Below, in pieces: positions 23,601 to 29,817 of a stretch of DNA of 64,000 bases. The number at the start of each line of letters is the position of its first letter. Position 1 is the first letter of the stretch. Source of the stretch: a virus; the IMG/VR virus record IMGVR_UViG_3300042353_000076, positions 3,267 through 67,266 of that record; one strand, written 5' to 3'. Under the pieces are notes generated by a model. It was not told the origin of the DNA. It saw only the letters and a list, made by a program, of their open reading frames with translations, and ran no database searches. The translations under genes and the position numbers were made by a program.

Positions 23601-25914
23601 AGCTGATGCCGATAGAGTTCGTTACATTGAAGCAGTCAACGGCAATAAATCTTTGTATACCCAACGGTGGCAAGACTACCTAAAGGGTAGAGAGCTTATT
23701 GAAGTTGAGATGAATGAGATGTTAGACTATAAGACAAAGAAGGGTGCATACAGTGAGTACCAGAGAAACACTGGTACTAACATTGATAGACCTCTGATGG
23801 TAGTTGATCAGGCAGCGGAGACAGCTTTGGCTGTTCCCGGTTTGATTCCTGAAGAAGTACTATCCGATCCTGTTATTCTAAAACACATTAGAACCAATCT
23901 AGCTGAGTCTTATAATTACTTTATGAATGGTAGAGTATTTGAACTTATCTTCCAGAGAGAACTTGATAGACTCATGGGTTCTCGCAATGTAAGAATCACT
24001 GATGTGTTTCCTCATGTAGCTAGTGAAGCCAGAAGAGATATAGAGGCTATAGCTAAAGCTGAAAACTGGACACCCGGACAGCTAGCTGCAAGACTCCAAG
24101 ATGTTACGGAAGGTATTCAAAGACTTAAGGATGAGTATGCATCTAATGCAGATACTCTTCCTATGCTTCCTTATCAGGATCAAGCGGCTGCAAGAAGCCT
24201 ATTGGCATTGATGAAGATTAAGGTTGCTTCCGGTTACTACCTTGGGGCAATGACTGAGCTTATAATGGAAACTCTAAAGTCAAATCCTTTACATCTTCCG
24301 GGTAATCTCATTAGTACTTTAAGGTTTGTGGTCGGAGACTTTCGAGTCTCAAAGAACTCTCTTATGAATAACTCTGAGCTTGGGGATATGATCTTCGGTC
24401 TAGAAAATATTAAGTATGAGTTTAGTTCTCGATTCTTGGGTGAAGCAAATCAAGGAGCATTTGAATTAGATTCTACAATTGGATCTAAGATCAAGGGTAA
24501 ATTTATTAATCCCCGCCCTGCAACGGGTCTTGTGGATAGAGGCGTTCGTGTTCTAGAGTCTGGAGCTAGAGTTGCTGAGACTATTGGTTCGCTACAAGCG
24601 ATCACCAATATAACCAGATCAATGGCTAAGGTCCGACTACAGCGTATGATCTATGGTCATATTAAGAAAGGTAGAATTCAAAAGCTACTAGTAGCCCTAG
24701 AAGATCCTGCTATGATGAAACTCATGCAGGACTATATGGCAGCTGCAGAAACAAGCGCAGGAGCAGAGAATCAGCTCCGTAAACAATTCTATGCATTGGC
24801 TAGAAAGACTGGCTTCGGGTTCAACCCAAAGGAAGCTCTAGTCTTTATGAAGTATGGTTTAAACTCTGTCGAGAAGATTAAACATCTTGAATATTTAATT
24901 AAGAAGGTTGACAAGAAGGGTGAAGGTCGGGTTAATCTACACAACATGGTTGATGTATATTGGCATGCTACGACTCATCCTGTTGCTGGGATTAAACCAG
25001 AAGTATTAGAGCAAGTTATTAGTTCTTACGGACTTGCCCTAGAAGATCTGATTGTAAAGACATCTACACCTGAACCTATTGGTTTAGGTCGAGTTACTAC
25101 GATTGATTCCAAGACACCACTTGGTAAACTCTGGTATGCTCTTAGCTCCTACATCCGTGGGTTCCAAGATAATGTTATACTGGATTATGGTAGCCGCGAT
25201 ACACTTCGGTACTTAGCCGCTAACATAGTTCTCTATGGAACATTGGATGCCACTATCGGTCTACTCCGTGAGTGGCTAGCCGGAAGAGATGGCGAGGATA
25301 TCCTTGAAGAGTTCTCAGATAACCCACATGCCTTTGCTGTCCGTGTAGCTAAGTCTGCCCCTATCATGGGAATGTGGTCTGGTGCTCTAGAGGCTGGTTT
25401 AAGTGGTCTGAGCTACATGTCTGGTGGAACTTGGAAGTACTACGGTAGTCCAATGCAGTCCATTGGTATGGGAGCTGCTACCGGGGCTGTAGAGAGTATT
25501 GGTAGAGGCGTTAGTGAAGTTGTAGAAGGAGTCACGGGTGATGAAGAAGTTGATTACATGAAGGTTGCTAAGGGAGTTGGTGATATCACATCAGTTAACT
25601 CTTTGTTAAACCGAAGTCCAATTGCTGTGGCTGCTAGATCCCTAGAAGTCTCAGGAGCTTTGGAAGAAAAGGGAACATTGCAAACCTACATGAACATGAT
25701 TCACAAGAACCCACATCCTTATGCAAAGAGCCAAGGAAGAAAACAAAGTTCTTCTCAGTCGTTACCACCGATACCTAAGGTTGCCCCCCGCAACTTTGAG
25801 CTGGAAGCCCAAGCCCTTAAGAAGGCAAGAGCAGCCCAAGCCGGAGTCCGTTATGAAGACATGTCAAAGGGTGTATCAGGTTCCCTAGGGGATCTCTTAG
25901 ATAATGCCCAATAG
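14692..25914 (+). CDS. Giant internal virion/ejection protein (gp16-position), polyvalent: zincin metallopeptidase motif plus two ART-PolyVal-like ADP-ribosyltransferase domains
   Basis: 3740 aa. Hydrophobic G/A-rich segments near aa 335-480 and the C-terminus, as in gp16. VLHEIGH...NAEEVF at nt 17497-17697. Two copies of TPEFK.(F/Y)F..SK.VDENG.P...YHGT...G.FG.G.Y.T.NP..A...A...P+++SI.NP...DG...WIA....Q+KS..N.GTF...DP.I.RD at 18793-19365 and 19423-20181. Confidence 0.8.
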   Translation: MINYTNNFPIVPETPETPRLQPQYYTTGNQFLMAYQGAPNYVDVARMHEPGFWGPQPNTQKDTYNNLYALTQAESISTGGAQGYAQKIAQYIGMGPNEFQDYSFGAFQRGILMGQKDDPLAPAEFGASQLTPEVQDNLRSILSKLLPIAKQEPQDPENPTPTQKRVNAMMYQLAYAKASEVTKTDLGFSMVDAFRSQAEVYGKILNAYTYGAAGALYDGYNAAYNPTKNTKIARGIDDILKIRNRVDLTFDPAIWWSNLDPTVKQGFIENGISSNTIRTALNEDEANFRIGEIIFKSDTQKRIEAYAPGYFDSGRLIADNLVGGILNSSDTVPFIALEVAATVATGGFNLVATAYAAPTVAVASTGFAVFRAARNVASTIAKLPLGLSPTYAKNLGMLGTYTLTGSIFGVGAALQEATRQEKQIAYSNALLFADPEMQKDYDLSSIGWAGGEGFAIGFLGFGLAPGVMGSTAGAFLNKLRGVNVAPLGESVVRMTGDKRFTYEGTRLGEALGFYKGKLSRKDVAVDLPLHEKIITEAELEGVKPSAQQLSNETQTAVNRADARAAVTPDAARATPDVPMTRRLDNETRQAYAERTGANGTLSNIIEFVTEISRKNSAGDAVKERASLTGTGDTFGDMGTTDRLRILYASEEHLNTTRLKEKEAGKLTPAREKAYAIMESQRRSMIKQYTKSLSKPERKALSDSLGGVKKPVKTITEHVADARSTVISSAAKNDAAEKAAVSLLGTAREIVANPSRKAELRADLPKEVLDILDAAITEVAITGTVSPSTVEALKADISGVARKPSNRLTNSIKEALKIKKLNPKRMALINALKDDINKFSSLVSGNQVNAEKFFQFTNDLVENEIINEIDQAILLASVVHLNFDSKAFAVDFKIEPILDVDGNIEYTTIGAYSAANKTIVMNSLWIGNDSERRAITVLHEIGHAYFQSSATADIYVDNLKMYNSLTRNYGPSLLNLDVANMSDPLLSANFLSVYHLQNAEEVFVQSFSKILFTEAQLAVSQMAPIEVSSFRSIINSMEQGIILAASMFDTSDHYTVVNGLINRLTEMDTAASKAISVPDLSRAYAAAVNAQTVSSDIAPNVFNTFVKDWMIKNLPEHSPEVVKRAMLTSGEYNLIMRGERDPSLIVALTILKSNGRQAIDMKGNPTVYMKDLVDVYSTYKQTQFGSMLIKTAFLLTTPDYAQLVGMSKKDRIKFMQRRLFSMGAESFESVQGGVETILAATYEDRGLAQMQATNYLDPLNKPSRYSHTFWGTKATSLIELLDKSVEGTAKNSLSETDRLALLEQVRNDPYLNQPLMHTLKDYYKNNGFADIAHLVTLVHHKHYIDTLKAEGVFDTEGLNRSYIEEVTSTPEFKKFFGDSKAVDENGKPIIVYHGTTTLVDFNKFKLGGGMFGSGVYTTTNPSTANNFALVNPRQPNAPTGARLFPLFISIVNPLILDYSKEPKRILQEVYKLLKEKNLTEEYNALKEATRLGNMADGETVQTIFNTSLAKAVAALGYDGYQIKMAEGNTYWIALKVEQVKSVYNEGTFNKLDPDIRRDIDAGVDNNQTRKAFLERVKETPEFKIYFDGSKVVDENGNPLIMYHGTRSGGYDQFKLPENPEFGLFGPGYYFTANPSIASEYAVKPGTRPSKGASIYPVYLSIKNPIDMDAPFDRNLWSSVVSNYRISPELREKLTDGLKYNGDLLAQIERQIETTRKEFLGLPLGSEGMITAKGLVLEPTSYTKQFDTNESAFRQLEDNIISYVEDGDDYVSAIVMDLFKQSPIDGITHMGGGRVKADSVRHRVWIAFEQPQIKSTSNRGTFSVTDPIITRDMDLPIWSSKDIAIDSIAAFLSNKDITHLSIPTLLKNIDAALIQKISDTPNMTPEKLLTGIHTMITSGSIVLNETSGKWELPSTKKPKKPSKAAKAAKTPRAKKAVAAKEAKVKEAATLAAISDGSEELTVDNLDDVVIRLFTEGKLTDEELGPLYENRPYLIKRIEAGKLPSVKHLLRLAGTIKRRDFLSEQRKGKAGKKDQQGETAEGILKEGSVPSKNAGVFVPTTDKEFSAIMFDRALTWNNLTNNTLLTPEEVTLAKALLLVESDKELASKSAELLGKKVEDRTIGNRRNALYNKMVAIGKAIEYDPKARLVETQDSLLAHVKQMDQVVTKAVEKPESVKAIVKQAEAAPTPKQVSNPIDAGSRLLEKQALAARSKKTDASPVMTPVTKVEEGTLFRATSEVTGNVPEAVLRPEKQVDAIIENSDVSTKEAVSFVPKKPLTMTMTAAEFMANEVKMASTMKVADRMGVDALVFSDGVVMPIQADASVVVKGVTETKVKAGVPSVTKIKVKKGVPIKTVTAAVEPPKVEVVEPTTTPAPAVAPVEDLPSTPVPLAASEGAPVRVTKTGGIAPPAPRKTVSDVVKTTETERIERVVNDDKDLLRDNGMDQGFLKLFLKNYWTRMKNIDKAVDTYSPTLLSLWTKFVTINKAIVEANRAVFGDEGISKFWIAVDKLRAENVQKLATVPGFKSLSERQLMVLAAKEVGDAYMPPILLDELNIVKSSEDATAFTLVAKESKTPRKKVSDATKAESPVPVPPEPTPAPAPKAGEEVPVTPETIPLEPIKETPRGDMGRIINTATKDSEQSTSVLLRQGSLIGAIFGGSERASRNWWRAMNSWMANATQAASQTGKTIRNLQKNIRFLSRLFEDNRAQSGHLVGAGKEAFRTARQCKSDEARMITRIARQQLLLNKKLKDSGLALDKVRAVGVLSYTKLSEGTIIAPADLVALGLSPDLAKSIAVEANSLLQITRQTNQTILGLQNETGLFNSNAADGTPFDPMKYAPVQLNHESFSAMSPTDRALFVAGLVKARRTRKLKSPILDINTLIVLGWLDVAPSKEARGTALFAGKRDFRPGESTQSFSPETLAGLKISEHPITVGEKGVLATLANGSDSQNYFVLTNDKSGVITLYRMPKVISELADADRVRYIEAVNGNKSLYTQRWQDYLKGRELIEVEMNEMLDYKTKKGAYSEYQRNTGTNIDRPLMVVDQAAETALAVPGLIPEEVLSDPVILKHIRTNLAESYNYFMNGRVFELIFQRELDRLMGSRNVRITDVFPHVASEARRDIEAIAKAENWTPGQLAARLQDVTEGIQRLKDEYASNADTLPMLPYQDQAAARSLLALMKIKVASGYYLGAMTELIMETLKSNPLHLPGNLISTLRFVVGDFRVSKNSLMNNSELGDMIFGLENIKYEFSSRFLGEANQGAFELDSTIGSKIKGKFINPRPATGLVDRGVRVLESGARVAETIGSLQAITNITRSMAKVRLQRMIYGHIKKGRIQKLLVALEDPAMMKLMQDYMAAAETSAGAENQLRKQFYALARKTGFGFNPKEALVFMKYGLNSVEKIKHLEYLIKKVDKKGEGRVNLHNMVDVYWHATTHPVAGIKPEVLEQVISSYGLALEDLIVKTSTPEPIGLGRVTTIDSKTPLGKLWYALSSYIRGFQDNVILDYGSRDTLRYLAANIVLYGTLDATIGLLREWLAGRDGEDILEEFSDNPHAFAVRVAKSAPIMGMWSGALEAGLSGLSYMSGGTWKYYGSPMQSIGMGAATGAVESIGRGVSEVVEGVTGDEEVDYMKVAKGVGDITSVNSLLNRSPIAVAARSLEVSGALEEKGTLQTYMNMIHKNPHPYAKSQGRKQSSSQSLPPIPKVAPRNFELEAQALKKARAAQAGVRYEDMSKGVSGSLGDLLDNAQ

Positions 25915-25928
25915 TTGGGGCTACTAGA
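25907..25928 (+). promoter_or_regulatory. Putative phage RNAP promoter, copy 1 (right-end, phiOR-like)
   Basis: CCCAATAGTTGGGGCTACTAGA; the core ATAGTTGGGGCTA recurs within the copies at 29772, 38020 and 46482. Confidence 0.7.
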
Positions 25929-25932
25929 TAGA

Positions 25933-26075
25933 TACTTAAGGGATACCTTGAGTAACCTAGACTGTCTTTAAGTTTTTAAAATTATGTTATTATATTATAT
26001 AGTAATACATAGTCCCTTAGGTAACCTAAGGGTAACCCTAGTTAACCTAAGTGTTAATTTTAATATTATATAAAC
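25933..26075. repeat. AT-rich palindromic tract with TAACCT(A) repeats; putative right-end origin or maturation region
   Basis: TACTTAAGG..CCTTGAGTA and CCCTTAGGTAACCTAAGGG inverted repeats, four TAACC(C/T) units and very AT-rich runs, all directly downstream of promoter copy 1. Confidence 0.5.
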
Positions 26076-26080
26076 ATACA

Positions 26081-26112
26081 GATCCTAGGTCCCCGAAAGG
26101 GGATCTAGGATT
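26081..26112 (+). terminator. Strong hairpin with GAAA tetraloop
   Basis: GATCCTAGGTCCCC-GAAA-GGGGATCTAGGATT followed by ATTT. Confidence 0.55.
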
Positions 26113-26342
26113 ATTTAAGGAATAGAGCACTCCGGGGTTTACCCCCCGGTTAATCCCTTGTCGATTTCCTATGGGGTCCCCGGATCCCTCTGGGGCTACC
26201 GGAGGACATCAACACAAACAACCCCACACAGGGCAAGCTAGGGGGATCCCTACTCAATCTAGAAATCGACTAGAGGGGTCAAAAATTAGCGAAGGGGTAT
26301 CCCCCCTAAATCCCCCCGCGCAACCCCCCGTCATCCCGCCAT

Positions 26343-26435
26343 GTCCGATAACCTGAGGGGCGTGGCGCGTCCGATAACCTGTGGGGATCAAAGTCCGATA
26401 ACCTTGGTGGCGAGGGATAAAGTTATCGGACTTTG
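26343..26435. repeat. Three direct repeats of GTCCGATAACCT plus one inverted copy
   Basis: Direct copies at 26343, 26369 and 26393 (24-26 nt period). CAAAGTCCGATAAC (26389-26402) is perfectly inverted at 26422-26435. Confidence 0.85.
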
Positions 26436-26440
26436 CTGCC

Positions 26441-26995
26441 ATGCGTTGCGGATTTCCGCGGCTGATGCGTTGTAAAGTGTCAGCGAATACGAATCGCCGA
26501 CCTGATTGCACCTTACCGGATCTACCGCCCTCACGGGACATCGTAGCAGGTAAAGCCAACGCCCGAAGGGTTGTCGGAGGTGATGTCACGCAGACCGCGC
26601 GAACCCCGGCTTGAGTGCCGATGGATCCCTCACCGACATGAGGGGGGCAGTAGCGTCACAAGCGTGAATGTTATCAGAACTTCCCCTACGATATGGAACG
26701 CATCCAATAAGCCGTCCTAGTAGGTAACCCGATGAATCCTCGCACTTATGGTAAGCCGATGATTCTGACGTAAGGAAGTGGCACGAGGAGTGCTATGCCC
26801 ATAGGGCATCGTTCAATAAGCGTAACTTGCAGCCCCAAGAGGTGGAGCAAGTGAGGAGATTGAATAAGACTGAGGTATAGTAAAGGCGAAAGCGATAGAT
26901 ATCTCAGTACGTAAGATGGTGGATACTCTAGTTTGGCACTAGAGTACCCTCTAGAATCCCCTGCGTTCTTTCGTAGGGTATTGCTAGAGGGTAGA
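26441..26995 (+). ncRNA. Candidate large structured non-coding RNA (unclassified)
   Basis: No credible ORF, visibly GC-richer than the coding regions, and at least 10 consecutive stems with G-U pairs (listed in findings). Confidence 0.5.
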
Positions 26996-27035
26996 ATTGT
27001 TCTATCCTTTCATCCTCTTTCGGAGAATAATCACT

Positions 27036-27335
27036 ATGGATAAGAATACTCTCATTACTTTCATGAACAAGGGTCGTTCTGCTGATATGGAAACCGCCGG
27101 AGCGGTGTATGATTACTTGTACTGCAAGGCTAAGAATGCCAAGCATACTACGCAAGGCATTGCATCGTCTGTCTTTGGTCAGATGAATGCTCTGTTGGTT
27201 CGCGGTGGTCATCTTGGCTTTGATCGTGATGAACGGGCTGAGTTCAATTCGTGGGTTGGTCTACCTGCTCCCGGTACTAACAAGAGCAATGCTGCTAATG
27301 AAGCATCGAATGTTCTTGCTGAGTTTGGTCTGTAA
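27036..27335 (+). CDS. Early hypothetical protein (first early gene)
   Basis: ATG 27036 after GGAG; 99 aa. Confidence 0.65.
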   Translation: MDKNTLITFMNKGRSADMETAGAVYDYLYCKAKNAKHTTQGIASSVFGQMNALLVRGGHLGFDRDERAEFNSWVGLPAPGTNKSNAANEASNVLAEFGL

Positions 27336-27353
27336 GGTATGATCTAATCTATC

Positions 27354-27385
27354 GGATGGTAGGGGTGAAATATCCCCTATCATCC
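27354..27385 (+). other. Intergenic hairpin (RNase III site or terminator candidate)
   Basis: GGATGGTAGGGG-TGAAATAT-CCCCTATCATCC, 12-bp stem, no U-tract. Confidence 0.45.
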
Positions 27386-27401
27386 ATTCAAGGAGGTTAC
27401 T

Positions 27402-27590
27402 ATGGCTACTAAGACGATTGATACGGTTGGTCGGCAGTTGTTGTTGAATGCAGGGAATTCATCTCAGGATGAACTGAAGGCATTCCAATACCTTCGGGGT
27501 ATGGGGTTGAATGAGAAGGCTGTTATCATTGCACTCCGTAAGGTTGGAGTGTTTACTAAGATTCGTATCAATAAGAAAGTAGGCAAGTAA
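27402..27590 (+). CDS. Early hypothetical protein
   Basis: 62 aa; strong AGGAGGT RBS. Confidence 0.65.
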   Translation: MATKTIDTVGRQLLLNAGNSSQDELKAFQYLRGMGLNEKAVIIALRKVGVFTKIRINKKVGK

Positions 27591-27847
27591 TGTCAGTAGT
27601 AGGAACACAGACATTGAACGGTATCTCTAAGGAGTTTAATCGTGGTGGTGTCATTGTTATTAAGGAGATCAAGGATGAGCAAGATTACTGTGGATACCGT
27701 ATGTATCCTTTGGTTGATCCTTGTGATTATGTTGATGTAGTCTATGCTGAGACTGCCATTAAGTATCTCGGTCGTATTGCCGATGAGAATGCGTATGAGA
27801 TTCGTTATAACAATGGAACTATGTTTGCTAAGAAAGTAGGAAAGTAA
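27590..27847 (+). CDS. Early hypothetical protein
   Basis: 85 aa; TAATG coupling to the upstream gene. Confidence 0.6.
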   Translation: MSVVGTQTLNGISKEFNRGGVIVIKEIKDEQDYCGYRMYPLVDPCDYVDVVYAETAIKYLGRIADENAYEIRYNNGTMFAKKVGK

Positions 27848-27848
27848 C

Positions 27849-28121
27849 ATGATCGTAGTAACAAGTCGGAGTCTTGAGGTACTCACCGCGCATGGTGATA
27901 AGGGAACGCTTCCCCTTGGTGTCTTTAGTGATATGAAGGATGTACAAGAGAGTCGATTGGCTGATATGGTTGCTGAATCATTGCCGGGATGGGCTAGGGA
28001 TTCAATTAAGATTGAGATGCGACAAGTGTCTGCTAATCAGTGGATTAGTATATGTCATGATGATGGAGCGTGTATGCATGTTAATATGTTGGACATTACA
28101 TCTGTCCTTCACTATGTCTAA
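27849..28121 (+). CDS. Early hypothetical protein
   Basis: 90 aa; abuts the previous stop codon. Confidence 0.55.
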   Translation: MIVVTSRSLEVLTAHGDKGTLPLGVFSDMKDVQESRLADMVAESLPGWARDSIKIEMRQVSANQWISICHDDGACMHVNMLDITSVLHYV

Positions 28122-28152
28122 GACTTACTTTCTTTCCTATAAAGGAGACACT

Positions 28153-28437
28153 ATGAACGAAACAGAAGTAAAGAAGATGTTGACTGCAGCACAAGCGTAC
28201 ATCGTACACCTTGAGGCTGTTCAGTCTGAGTTCTCTGATAAGATTGGAGAGTTAGTCGAGGCTAATAAGAGACTACAAGATGCTAATGCTATCTTGAAGA
28301 CGGGCAATGAAGGGTTTACTAATACCCTTAAGTATTATGCCGCTACTGTGGGTAAACTTGAGGAGTATGTAGACTCACTTAAGAAGACTATCAATAAAAT
28401 GAATGGTGTTAGTAAGTGGACGGAGGTAGAGGTATGA
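28153..28437 (+). CDS. Early coiled-coil hypothetical protein
   Basis: ATG 28153 after AAAGGAG (the ORF-track start at 27940 is probably too long); heptad-rich. Confidence 0.65.
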   Translation: MNETEVKKMLTAAQAYIVHLEAVQSEFSDKIGELVEANKRLQDANAILKTGNEGFTNTLKYYAATVGKLEEYVDSLKKTINKMNGVSKWTEVEV

Positions 28438-28538
28438 TTGGTATCATATTCCCTATCATAGGTGGTGCTATTGGTGTGCTCATTGTAGCATGCCTACTCT
28501 ATTGTATTGATGAGAACAAGGAAATTAATAAGCAATGA
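28434..28538 (+). CDS. Small single-TM early protein
   Basis: 34 aa MIGIIFPIIGGAIGVLIVACLLYCIDENKEINKQ; GGAGG RBS and ATGA coupling; not in the ORF track. Confidence 0.5.
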   Translation: MIGIIFPIIGGAIGVLIVACLLYCIDENKEINKQ

Positions 28539-28621
28539 TTATGATGGTTGCATCATGGGTTATTGTATGTATTGTATTGAGTTGTTATATTAACTACCTC
28601 TTTACTGATAAGGAATATTAA
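28535..28621 (+). CDS. Small single-TM early protein
   Basis: 28 aa MIMMVASWVIVCIVLSCYINYLFTDKEY; coupled at both ends (ATGA, TAATG). Confidence 0.45.
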   Translation: MIMMVASWVIVCIVLSCYINYLFTDKEY

Positions 28622-28845
28622 TGAAAGTAACTATTGAAGGAGAGGATGTGCTAGTAGTACTGTGTCTCCTTCGGGAATCCATTAGTGAGTATGGTACTAA
28701 TCTAAATCACAACTATCGTGATAGTTTCGATACCGATGCGGAGTATGAGATTGCACACATGAGTAACATTGCTACCATTGGTGCATTGTGTAATGTGTAC
28801 ACTAAGATGTTTACTAGCATGGAATATCCGGAGGCTACGCAATGA
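28621..28845 (+). CDS. Early hypothetical protein
   Basis: 74 aa; AAGGA RBS. Confidence 0.6.
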   Translation: MKVTIEGEDVLVVLCLLRESISEYGTNLNHNYRDSFDTDAEYEIAHMSNIATIGALCNVYTKMFTSMEYPEATQ

Positions 28846-29015
28846 CACTATGGAATGTACTGATTATCTATGATGATAGGGATGAAATGTTACAACAAGA
28901 GTTCATGAGTCTATGGGCTGTGGATCGGTTAGATGTAATCATCTCTATCGGTTACATCTATAGTAAGCGTAAGGATCATCTCCGTTCTGTTATCTTTGAC
29001 CAACTGGAGGATTAA
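28842..29015 (+). CDS. Early hypothetical protein
   Basis: 57-aa open frame with GGAGG RBS, coupled at both ends; not in the ORF track. Confidence 0.55.
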   Translation: MTLWNVLIIYDDRDEMLQQEFMSLWAVDRLDVIISIGYIYSKRKDHLRSVIFDQLED

Positions 29016-29221
29016 TGCAAGAGTTAGCCCCGTATAATGTTGTTGTTATATATAACCCATCTATTAAAGGAGAGGGTGAGATCTTTATTGAATGCTCACA
29101 CTTTGTATTGGCTGGGTCTACTAAACAAGTAAGTAAGGGATTGCGTTATCTATATAGAGATGTTGAGATCATCGCCATTATCTTTGGAGACAAGTATGAA
29201 AACCTTGAAGCAGAAGTCTAA
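29015..29221 (+). CDS. Early hypothetical protein
   Basis: 68 aa; GGAGG RBS and TAATG coupling. Confidence 0.6.
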   Translation: MQELAPYNVVVIYNPSIKGEGEIFIECSHFVLAGSTKQVSKGLRYLYRDVEIIAIIFGDKYENLEAEV

Positions 29222-29384
29222 GACTAAACAGACTACTAGCCCATGCTATGTAGTAAAGATGAATGGACAAGTGCGTCTTATCCTTGACAGTAAGCATGAC
29301 GCTAAGCGTTATGCTATTACTCTCGGACTGACATATGCAGGTGCTGACATTGAACTATACTCTTACCCAATGGTGAACCCATGA
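29196..29384 (+). CDS. Early hypothetical protein
   Basis: ATG 29196 after GGAG; 62 aa. Confidence 0.5.
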   Translation: MKTLKQKSKTKQTTSPCYVVKMNGQVRLILDSKHDAKRYAITLGLTYAGADIELYSYPMVNP

Positions 29385-29527
29385 AAATCTATATGGTTGT
29401 AGAGATCCCAGAGATTGATGATGTTGACTCACAAGATGCAGACAATGCATTGATGATGATTACTGATGCAATGCAACACTTTCCTTATCCATATTACATT
29501 GATGAGGTAACTGCAGATGAAGTATGA
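29381..29527 (+). CDS. Small acidic early protein
   Basis: 48 aa MKIYMVVEIPEIDDVDSQDADNALMMITDAMQHFPYPYYIDEVTADEV; ATGA coupling; not in the ORF track. Confidence 0.5.
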   Translation: MKIYMVVEIPEIDDVDSQDADNALMMITDAMQHFPYPYYIDEVTADEV

Positions 29528-29717
29528 GATTGTCAAGGCGTTGTATCAAGGAGAGATGTGGTATAATGTCACAGTAGATGGAGTATATGTCAATGGATTC
29601 AGAGACAAGACAGATGCCCTATCCTATGGATGGTGGTATACAAATTATGGTAAAGCCGTTGCCGATGGGGACGAAGATCATATGGGTAGGGTGCGTACTA
29701 ACCTACAACAATCCTAG
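29517..29717 (+). CDS. Early hypothetical protein
   Basis: 66 aa; GAGGT RBS. Confidence 0.55.
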   Translation: MKYEIVKALYQGEMWYNVTVDGVYVNGFRDKTDALSYGWWYTNYGKAVADGDEDHMGRVRTNLQQS

Positions 29718-29771
29718 ATGGTATCCGGTGTGCGCCGGAGAAACACAAAGCCTTGCACTATCGGCAACCTG

Positions 29772-29793
29772 CCGAATAGTTGGGGCTACTGAT
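29772..29793 (+). promoter_or_regulatory. Putative phage RNAP promoter, copy 2
   Basis: CCGAATAGTTGGGGCTACTGAT in an intergenic gap. Confidence 0.7.
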
Positions 29794-29817
29794 AAGTAAC
29801 TTTAGGGAGAACTTGAA

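Noticed and set aside
14692-25914. N4-like virion RNA polymerase as the identity of the 3740-aa protein
   Set aside because: Size is similar, but I found no DxxGR, motif B or motif C polymerase signatures. The CCCAA-TAG-TTGGG promoter hairpin is intact in only two of four copies.
26343-26435. Mini-CRISPR array
   Set aside because: Repeats are only 12 nt with 12-14 nt spacers, one copy is inverted, and no cas genes are present.
26171-26720. ORFs 26171-26356 (+), 26254-26589 (-) and a 45-codon ORF at 26583-26720 (+)
   Set aside because: No properly spaced RBS, atypical composition, and they cross repeats and stems; better explained as non-coding.
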